A stretch of 64,000 bases of DNA from positions 1 to 64,000 of the forward strand of contig JBFLWF010000009.1 in the NCBI GenBank assembly GCA_040758355.1. The letters run 5' to 3'. Position 1 is the first letter of the stretch, and each line of letters opens with the position of its first letter. The notes beneath the pieces are model-generated. The model saw only the letters and a program-made list of their open reading frames with translations. It ran no database searches and was not told the DNA's origin. The stretch comes from Nitrospirota bacterium. Lineage in GTDB: Bacteria; Nitrospirota; Thermodesulfovibrionia; Thermodesulfovibrionales; Dissulfurispiraceae. Shown piece by piece: positions 56,766 to 64,000 of this stretch. The translations under genes were made by a program, and so were the position numbers.

Positions 56766-58418
56766 TTAGAATTTAAACCATTCAATGGATTTCTGTATTT
56801 TAGAGCTTATTCCTGCAAGCCCTGATGCAGCATCTTTTACCTGGCCGATAGCCTCGGTTGTGCGGCTGACGGCTGATGAGATGTTGGTTATGTTATGCGT
56901 AATTTCCTCTGCCGCTGCTGACTGCTCTTCGGATGCAGCGGCAATCCTCTGGACCATATCCATCGCATTGGAGGATGCCGATACGATGGAGTCCAGAGAC
57001 TGGCTTGCAGCCTTCGAGAGATCGAGTCCTTTGTCCACTTCTGCACTTCCACTCTTCATTGCATCTACAGACCGTTTTGCCTCTGCCTGAATTACGGATA
57101 TCCTCTGTGTAATATCCTGCGTTGCCTTTCCTGTTCTTTCCGCGAGTTTTCTGACCTCGTCAGCCACAACCGCAAAGCCCCTTCCCTGCTCTCCTGCCCT
57201 TGCAGCCTCAATGGCAGCATTTAAGGCCAGAAGATTGGTCTGGTCAGCTATGTCGCTGATAATTGCAGCTATCTCGCCTATCTGTACAGAACTTGCATCC
57301 AGCTCTTCGATGATCTTTGTGGTATCTTTAACATTCTCTACAATGTTGTACATTCCATGGGTGGTCTTTTCTACAACCGATTTCCCCTTCGTGGCCTCTT
57401 CTGATGAATTTCTCGATGCATCAGCAGCCTGAGCAGCATTTTTTGCCACATCCATTATTGTCTGTGACATTTCCGTTGCTGCTGTTGCCACCTGCTGTGC
57501 CTGCAGGGATTGTTCGTTTGCCGACCTGCTCAGGTCTTCTGCAGTGGTCGAAAGTGCTCCGGACGAAGAGAGGAGGTTTTGCATATCAGCCTTTATATCG
57601 CCTATTATGGCGGTTATTCTACGGGACATGGTCGTAAAGTCTTTCAGCATCATCCCGATCTCATCCTTGCGGTTTATTTCTATGTCAGCGGCGCTGAAGT
57701 CTCCATCCGCCATTGCCCGCGACTTTTGCGATACCAATGCTACCGGAGAGATTACGGATGAAGACAGAAATTTTGCAATGAGTACGAGTAAGGCAACAAA
57801 CACAACGCCTCCTGCTACAAAGCTCCATCCCACGATTTTTCCCTCTTTTTTCAAGGCGCCAACCATTTTAGGGACATTTGCCCTTGCCTTTTCAACAGTA
57901 TGCCCTGTTTCTTCTAAAATAGTGTTGTACCTTTCAGCCTGGATTCCGCCTGCTATCTCTTTTGCCTTTTCTATATTACCGGCAAATATCAATGGTATTA
58001 ATTCCTTATCCCGTGTATCCTTGAAGGCATTCCATGCTTCCCGGGCTTTTGCTATTGATGGGGATTCGGCTGAAAGATTAGCAGCGCTCAAAGACTTCGC
58101 TATTTTGTCAAAAAGCTCATCTATTCGTTCTGTCATATCCTCTATATCATCTTTAATATCCTCTAACTTTTCCCTGTCCTTTTCTATCATCATACTTAAG
58201 AGTTTAGAGCGAACAAGAGTGAGATTGTATCGCTGCCTCGCAATGTCGTCGGCTACAATCATGCTTTTTTCTATTTGTGCATAGGCATCTCCGCCAACCT
58301 GAACCCTGTTAAAGAATATCTGGCCTATGGATATGCCAATTACTGCAAAGCCAATAAGGGCACCGAAAACAATGTACAGCTTTTTCTTGAGGCTCATGTC
58401 TTTAAACTTTTGAAACAT
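56766..58418 (-). CDS. Methyl-accepting chemotaxis protein (periplasmic 4HB sensor, HAMP)
   Basis: Two TM helices, [45 protein letters not shown]. Confidence 0.96.
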   Translation of the reverse strand: MFQKFKDMSLKKKLYIVFGALIGFAVIGISIGQIFFNRVQVGGDAYAQIEKSMIVADDIARQRYNLTLVRSKLLSMMIEKDREKLEDIKDDIEDMTERIDELFDKIAKSLSAANLSAESPSIAKAREAWNAFKDTRDKELIPLIFAGNIEKAKEIAGGIQAERYNTILEETGHTVEKARANVPKMVGALKKEGKIVGWSFVAGGVVFVALLVLIAKFLSSSVISPVALVSQKSRAMADGDFSAADIEINRKDEIGMMLKDFTTMSRRITAIIGDIKADMQNLLSSSGALSTTAEDLSRSANEQSLQAQQVATAATEMSQTIMDVAKNAAQAADASRNSSEEATKGKSVVEKTTHGMYNIVENVKDTTKIIEELDASSVQIGEIAAIISDIADQTNLLALNAAIEAARAGEQGRGFAVVADEVRKLAERTGKATQDITQRISVIQAEAKRSVDAMKSGSAEVDKGLDLSKAASQSLDSIVSASSNAMDMVQRIAAASEEQSAAAEEITHNITNISSAVSRTTEAIGQVKDAASGLAGISSKIQKSIEWFKF

Positions 58419-58568
58419 CTCTCCCCCCCAATAAAGTTTTTTATAAAGAGTTTTTAAAGTATAAGAGTTTAGATTCTTCTTAAGAAAGAAATTAATAATT
58501 TATTTACAATAGTTATAGCACAGCAATTTTTATATAGTCAAATACAATAGTGATATGCAATTTACAGT

Positions 58569-58609
58569 CCTAAAAATAAGGCTGAGGGGGCCTCAGCCTT
58601 ATTTTTAGG
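58569..58609. terminator. Terminator after the first seleno-rhodanese gene
   Basis: CCTAAAAATAAGGCTGAGG-GGG-CCTCAGCCTTATTTTTAGG. Confidence 0.75.
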
Positions 58610-58621
58610 ATATCAGATGAT

Positions 58622-59971
58622 TTATTCCTTGAATATTCCGTATGTCCCGTTGCTCTCAACCTTGATGACAGCATTGAGAAAGAGCGCCTTATATCCTGCA
58701 TCCTTCAGGGTATGGTATACCATTTCTGCCCGCGCCCCGGTTGTACAGTGGATAATTATTTCTCTATCCTTCGGGATCTCGGAGAGGCGCGATGCTGCGT
58801 CTTTTGCAGGTATATTTTTAGCGCCTTTTATTATTCCCCTCATTGTTTCGTCCTTATCTCTGACATCGAGGATCAATTTATCAGGTGGTAATGTCTCTGC
58901 AATTTTCTTGAAATCATCAACAGAGATCTCCCCCGGCTTCGGTTTGGGCACATATACAATCGCTGTCTTAAGCTCATTGCTCGCAACAGGGTTTCCTGCC
59001 TTCTTCCATGCCTCGATGCCGCCTGCAAGGTATGCGAGGTTGCTGTAGCCCCACTTCCTTACTATTTTAAACGCATCTTCAGAAAGTTTCTGCGTGTCGC
59101 AGCAAATAATAATAGGAGCTTTTTTGTCAGCAGGGAACCCATCCTTTGCCTGTGCAAGCTCGCTTAAAAAAATTGATACGGCACCTTTAATATGCTCCTT
59201 CTTTGCCGCGTCTGCTGGCCTTATATCAATGAGCACATGAGGGATGTTCTTATCCATGGAATCCTTGAGATTTATAACAGAGGAAGCTACAAGATTGCCC
59301 TTCTTCTTCCACTCCGGCATACCGTCGATGAATACCTTCACATTTGTGTAGCCTGACTTTTCTGCCTTACTGGCAGAGGATGGGCTGAGTCTTCATGTAG
59401 GGCCGGCGCAGTAGAAAATGAGCAGTTTATCTTTTTCCTTTGGAAGTTTATCTATATTCTTTTCAAATTCAGCGTCATAGATCGATATTGCTCCGGGTAT
59501 GTGGCCTTCATGGAATTTCGGTGCAGGCCTTGAATCAATGAGTACAAAGTCGCCTTGAGTTTCTATGAGCCTTGAGAGTTCATCAATCTTAATCTTTTTT
59601 TCATCAGGTAGCGTTGCAGGCTGTTTAACTGCAACGTACGCGGCATACAGGATCCCGTCCCGCTCAGTGAGGGTAATGGCAATCTCCTTTTCCTTAGGGA
59701 TTTTTTCAAGTTCGCTTATTCCTTTTACCTTTGTATTGTCATCGTATTTTACAATCCATGAGGCAGGGCCGATCTGGATCTGTATCGTCTCTGCACGATC
59801 AGACACACCGACCATAGTACCCATTAATGTTTTTTCGTCCGGTGCGTGGCATTGCTTGCATGGCGGCGCTATCTTCGGTTTTTGTGCCTGCGCCATACTT
59901 GCGGAATATGTCAGGAGCAGGCTGGCTGTTGCAAGGACGACGATTGCAATTAATAATAACTTTTTTCTCAT
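58622..59971 (-). CDS. Exported multi-rhodanese selenoprotein with CxxCH heme motif (copy 1; Sec UGA at 59395-59393)
   Basis: ORFs 59393-59971 and 58622-59341 are in frame; readthrough gives YCAGPT-U-RLSPSSASKAEKSGYTNVKVF, completing a rhodanese domain; SECIS-like hairpin at 59377-59361. Confidence 0.88.
59361..59377 (-). promoter_or_regulatory. Bacterial SECIS-like hairpin (copy 1)
   Basis: UCUGCC-AGUAA-GGCAGA; loop begins 21 nt after the UGA. Confidence 0.7.
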
Positions 59972-60095
59972 ATATCCCCCAGATTTTTTTGTTTGCCTGC
60001 AAAGGCAGACAGGTGATCCTATATTTTAAATTTGCAAGGGAAATATATCATAAAACTTCAGAATTGTAAATTATAATACGTAGAATTGGGGTAAA

Positions 60096-60125
60096 ACAGG
60101 CGGCCAGCCAAAGCTGGCCGCCTGT
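60096..60125 (-). terminator. Terminator between the two seleno-rhodanese genes
   Basis: ACAGGCGGCCAGC-TTTG-GCTGGCCGCCTGT followed by TTT on the minus strand. Confidence 0.75.
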
Positions 60126-60131
60126 AGAGGA

Positions 60132-61493
60132 TTATTCCTTGCTTATCTCGTACTTGCCGTCTTTGTCGATTTTGATATTGGCATTGAGGAATCTTACTTT
60201 ATATCCTGCTTCCTTTAGTGTGTGGAATGCCATTTCAGCCCTGACCCCTGTTGAGCAATGGGCGATTAGCTCTTTGTCCTTTGGCATTTCTGAAAACCTT
60301 GACTTCATGTCCTGGGCGGGAATATTTTTTGCCCCTTTGAGCATCCCCTGCATTGCCTCATCTTCATCCCTTACATCGAGGATGAATTTATCTGCCGGCG
60401 ATGTCTCTGCGATCTTCTTAAAATCTTCAACGCCTATCTCACCGGGTCTTGGCTTCGGAACATATACAATAGCTGTTTTGAGGTCTCCGCTTGCAACAGG
60501 ATTCCCTGTCTTTTTCCATGCCTCGATGCCGCCGTCAAGCACAGAGGTGTTTGTATATCCCCAACTTCTTACAACCTTAAATGCATCGCCGGCAGTTTTT
60601 GCATCATCTGCATAAAGGACTATCGGCGCTTTTTTGTCAGCAGGGAATCTGTCTTTTGCAGTGCTGATTTCCTTTGACGGAATAGATACAGCGCCTTTTA
60701 TGTGGCCTTTTTGGGCATCATCCGGGGGCCTTAAATCAATAATAACCTGCGGCATGTCCTTATCTATGTTCTCCTTCACATATTGAGAAGTGGAGACTAC
60801 AAGATTTCCTGCTTTTTTCCATGCAGGCATCCCATCGTGAAATATCTTTACATTTGTATATCCGAGTTTCTCCGCCTTACCGGCAGAGGAAGGAGAGAGC
60901 ATTCAGGTGACTCCGCCGCAGTAAAAGATGAGGAGATTGTCCTTCTCTTGTGGAAGCCTGTCGATGTTTTTATCGAAATCGGCATCATAGATAACTATAG
61001 AGCCAGGGATGTGACCTTCATGATACCTCGGAGCAGGACGGGAGTCTACAATGACATATCTGCCTTTTTCAGTCCCAATATCAATAAGCTTTGTCAGCTC
61101 TTCGGTCTTTATCTTCTTCTCTTCAGGGACTTTTGCCGGCTGCTTCACGGATATGCTCAGCGCATAAATGGAGCCGTCCTTTTCCTCATAGGCAACCGCA
61201 ATCTCTTTTTCCTTTGGAACCTTGTATATTGGCGGCTGCCAGCCTGTTAACTTTGTTTTGTCATCGAACTTCACGAGCCATACTGCCGGGCCGATCTGGA
61301 TCTGCAGTGTTTCCGCCTTTCCTGACGCACTTGCCAGACTTCCCCTGAGGATTTTCTCATCAGGTGCGTGGCATTGCTTGCACGGCGGCGCTATCTTCGG
61401 TTTTTGTGCCTGCGCCATACTTGTGGAATATGTTAGGAATAGCCCTGCTGCCACAAGGACAGCGATTGCAATTAATAATAACTTCTTTCCCAT
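60132..61493 (-). CDS. Exported multi-rhodanese selenoprotein with CxxCH heme motif (copy 2; Sec UGA at 60905-60903)
   Basis: ORFs 60903-61544 and 60132-60902 abut in frame: YCGGVT-U-MLSPSSAGKAEKLGYTNVKIF; start ATG 61493 with a GGGGGA RBS; SECIS-like hairpin at 60888-60870. Confidence 0.88.
60870..60888 (-). promoter_or_regulatory. Bacterial SECIS-like hairpin (copy 2)
   Basis: CUCUGCC-GGUAA-GGCGGAG; loop begins 21 nt after the UGA. Confidence 0.72.
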
Positions 61494-61683
61494 ACATCCC
61501 CCTTTGTGTTTGATCTTCCACGCCAAAGGCATGGATTTAGGCAATCTATATTTACAATTATAAGTTTAGGAAAAGACGGTTAACATGTCAATAGATTTTT
61601 AAACTTATAAACTTATAGACAGCTAAATTGGGCGATTTTGCAAGGCAGGCACTGCTCCAAGACTTTAAAAAGTCCTCGTTCAT

Positions 61684-61875
61684 GTGCATATGAGAGATAA
61701 CAAATGCATCATCCATCAAGTATCCAATGTAGTAGATGACGGATACAAGATAAAGTTTTATACAAGTGCGGAGTTTAAAGTCTTTCTGCAGCACCTGCCT
61801 TGCAAATCTGAATATAGAATCGCTCAACTCAGGAGACAGATAAGCCAGTTGTTTAGAAGAGATGGATTTGGTTAG
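61684..61875 (+). CDS. Possible small hypothetical protein
   Basis: 63-aa ORF upstream of moaC on the same strand; no motif recognised. Confidence 0.3.
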   Translation: MHMRDNKCIIHQVSNVVDDGYKIKFYTSAEFKVFLQHLPCKSEYRIAQLRRQISQLFRRDGFG

Positions 61876-61906
61876 AATGAAGTAATGTTTAGTCCATGGA
61901 GGATGT

Positions 61907-62383
61907 ATGAAACTGACACATTTTGACGATGAAGGCAAGGCGAGGATGGTTGATGTTTCGGAAAAGCCTTTGACCAAACGCGAGGCTATAGCTGTAGGCT
62001 CTGTTCATATGAAGCCTGAAACCATAAAGCTTATAAAGGACAGGCTGATTTCAAAGGGTGACGTGCTCGGAGTTGCGAGGGTTGCAGGGATTATGGCTGC
62101 AAAAAAGACATCAGAGTTGATACCCATGTGCCATCCTTTGAACATAACGTCTGTAGGCATTGATTTCGATATCGATGAAGATAAAAACAAGGTCGACATT
62201 AAAACAACGGTCAGGATTATGGGGCATACAGGTGTGGAAATGGAGGCCCTCACAGCAACATCCGCAGCAGCCTTAACCATTTATGACATGTGTAAGGCAG
62301 TAGATAAAGAGATGGTTATTTCGGACATAATGCTTAAGGAGAAAAGGGGCGGCAAAAGCGGAGAATTTAAGAGGGGAAAATAA
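61907..62383 (+). CDS. moaC: Cyclic pyranopterin monophosphate synthase MoaC
   Basis: [26 protein letters not shown] and YDMCKAVD motifs. Confidence 0.97.
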   Translation: MKLTHFDDEGKARMVDVSEKPLTKREAIAVGSVHMKPETIKLIKDRLISKGDVLGVARVAGIMAAKKTSELIPMCHPLNITSVGIDFDIDEDKNKVDIKTTVRIMGHTGVEMEALTATSAAALTIYDMCKAVDKEMVISDIMLKEKRGGKSGEFKRGK

Positions 62384-62384
62384 G

Positions 62385-63104
62385 TTACCCATGTGCTACT
62401 GAACTCAGCAGGTCTTTGAGTTCTTTTGCCTTTTTATCGCTGAGTTCCAGAAATTTAACAGCTACCTTAATATATTCAGAATCAATAAAGGCCTCTGCAG
62501 CCTGAATCCTGACAACGAATCCCTCCAGACCTGAAACCTTGCTGTTGTTGTCCATTTTTATATCGCATGCCAGTTTTTCGAATATCATGGGAATCGGGCT
62601 TTTTCTATGAACATTACAGAGGAAGCCGCCTATGCTTAGGTCCAGGAGATTTCCTCTGGAGACGAGGTCTCCAAACTGTAGAATAACTTCTCCGCTTAAA
62701 TCAAAGCGTTCGTACTGCCTCCTGTCAAATTTTCTGTTAACCTCTGCCATCTTTTGTATCAGTCCCTCGATGGTAAAGGGTTTTATGACATAACTGTTTA
62801 CGCCTGCCTGCATAGCCTGTATAACGTTCTCCTTCTCGTTTCTGGCTGTTACCATTATAAACGGCAGGTTTTTGAGAGCGGGATGGTTTCTTATCCAGCT
62901 TAATAATTCCGGCCCGTTCATGGATGGCATTTCCCAGTCGCATAAAATAAGGTCATATTTGTCTGTCTCCAACAAGGCTTGCGCTTCCTTGCCGTTGCTC
63001 GCTTCAAAAATCTCCACATTAGGGTGGTTTTTTTCGAGGCCGAATTTTATGAATCTCCGAACAGATGCCATATCATCAACAATCAGTATTTTATTCTTTG
63101 CCAT
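62385..63104 (-). CDS. CheY-like response regulator with C-terminal PilZ domain
   Basis: ILIVDD, CDWEMP-M-G, VTA and KPF receiver motifs; RRQYER and DLSIGG PilZ motifs. Confidence 0.88.
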   Translation of the reverse strand: MAKNKILIVDDMASVRRFIKFGLEKNHPNVEIFEASNGKEAQALLETDKYDLILCDWEMPSMNGPELLSWIRNHPALKNLPFIMVTARNEKENVIQAMQAGVNSYVIKPFTIEGLIQKMAEVNRKFDRRQYERFDLSGEVILQFGDLVSRGNLLDLSIGGFLCNVHRKSPIPMIFEKLACDIKMDNNSKVSGLEGFVVRIQAAEAFIDSEYIKVAVKFLELSDKKAKELKDLLSSVAHG

Positions 63105-63110
63105 AAATCT

Positions 63111-63626
63111 TTATTTAAACCTCTCAACAGTGAATTTAAATATTTCTACGTCTTTATCCGACTGGTCTATGCCTGCCTTCATCTTTGTAATCATTAATTG
63201 TTCTTCAACAGTATCCACTCCCTCGAGGTCAGGCAGTAAAAGCCCTTTCCTGTAGCCTTTAGCAACGATTATCCCATACCTCTTTGGATCGAGCTCTGAA
63301 ATGTCTTTTACCTTTTCAGGCTCTGACAATACATCTACGGAATAAGTTATATCGTTGAGTTCGTCTTCCTGTACAGGATAGAATCGCGGGTCTTCTGTGG
63401 CAGCGGCAACGGCGTTTCTCACGATCTCCTTATAGATATTTTCCTCGCATGGCAGAAATGTGCCGATGCACCCCCTTAATTCTCCATGCTTCTTTAATGA
63501 CACGAAGACCCCTGCTTTTTTCTTCATCTCAGGCGGTATTTCCTTTGGACAGGCGAGGACATTCCCATTTTTTACATACTCCTCAATGGACTTTCTGGCG
63601 AGCTCTGCGTAAGGGTGCATTTTCAC
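63111..63626 (-). CDS. amrA: AmmeMemoRadiSam system protein A (AMMECR1 family)
   Basis: [23 protein letters not shown] and GLLLPDL-GV motifs. Confidence 0.9.
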   Translation of the reverse strand: MKMHPYAELARKSIEEYVKNGNVLACPKEIPPEMKKKAGVFVSLKKHGELRGCIGTFLPCEENIYKEIVRNAVAAATEDPRFYPVQEDELNDITYSVDVLSEPEKVKDISELDPKRYGIIVAKGYRKGLLLPDLEGVDTVEEQLMITKMKAGIDQSDKDVEIFKFTVERFK

Positions 63627-64000
63627 TTTTCCCTCTGCATGGCATATTCGGCCATTATGAGGAGGGCATCTTTTTCTCTGGAAGCAGGAAAGATATTCAA
63701 TTCTGATTTTGCCTCATCCACGAGAGAGCGGGCTACCTTTAAGGACTCTTCTATTGCATTGTATTTTGAGAATAACTCCAATATCCTGTTCAATCCAATG
63801 TTTTGGCCGGAGTTTATGCCTGAGTTTGGATTGCCTCCTGACTTCTGGTGGGAACCTGTTTCTTTAATGATATTTTTTATTTCATTCCTTTCCTGCTCCG
63901 ATGCGGTTCTCAGGAGATATATCAGCGGCATGGTAATTTTCCCTTCTTCGAGGTCTTTGCCCAGTCTTTTGCCGAGCTCCTTCTGTTCAGCCACATAATC
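63623..64000 (-). CDS. Polyprenyl diphosphate synthase, C-terminal part (partial)
   Basis: DY-A----LGK-LG-DL-EGK-T-P pattern; runs off the window. Confidence 0.85.
   Translation of the reverse strand, partial: DYVAEQKELGKRLGKDLEEGKITMPLIYLLRTASEQERNEIKNIIKETGSHQKSGGNPNSGINSGQNIGLNRILELFSKYNAIEESLKVARSLVDEAKSELNIFPASREKDALLIMAEYAMQREK

Noticed and set aside
57544..58284. Long antisense ORFs (e.g. 246 aa opposite the MCP; others opposite dnaA, clpB, pfk)
   Set aside because: Shadow frames of well-supported genes, with no motifs.
58622..61544. Reading the rhodanese ORFs as four genes or as nonsense pseudogenes
   Set aside because: The same TGA at the same active-site position in two diverged paralogs, each with a conserved hairpin, fits Sec recoding much better.
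61560..61900. Moco riboswitch upstream of moaC
   Set aside because: No convincing conserved structure recognised by eye.
63795..63850. Gly/Asn/Ser-rich insertion with a 12-bp near-duplication in the polyprenyl synthase
   Set aside because: Only two imperfect units; too weak to link to the repeat families.

Overview
A 64-kb chromosomal segment of a Gram-negative anaerobe. Gene content and protein style suggest Nitrospirota/Thermodesulfovibrionia or a related deltaproteobacterial-like lineage (inference). The window spans the replication origin (prfB-oriC-dnaA-dnaN-gyrB, with parAB nearby) and is mostly housekeeping: pfk, class II aldolase, comM, kdsB-pyrG, PBP1A, uvrC, ftsEX-envC-ctpA, split transketolase, dnaJ-hspR-clpB-hsp20, hisAF, tolQRAB, moaC and tRNA-Asn. 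Points the ORF track misses: (1) four apparent rhodanese ORFs at 58.6-61.5 kb are two tandem exported selenoproteins (signal peptide, CxxCH heme motif, OB-like domain, three rhodanese domains, in-frame UGA in a CxGxT-U motif, SECIS-like hairpin 21 nt downstream), next to a chemoreceptor and a small exported protein ending in EGC; (2) a third candidate selenoprotein, a lipoprotein with Cys-UGA followed by a GGUC-loop hairpin at the same 21-nt spacing; (3) an oriC with the full box-box-GC-DnaA-trio layout, built on the non-canonical box TTATTAACA; (4) many 7-bp tandem arrays inserted in frame in core genes, plus 8-bp tandem palindromes between co-oriented genes; (5) an IS3 end truncating a CHAP-domain gene, a MITE, orphan antitoxins, a GalT homolog lacking its catalytic His, and the prfB +1 frameshift.
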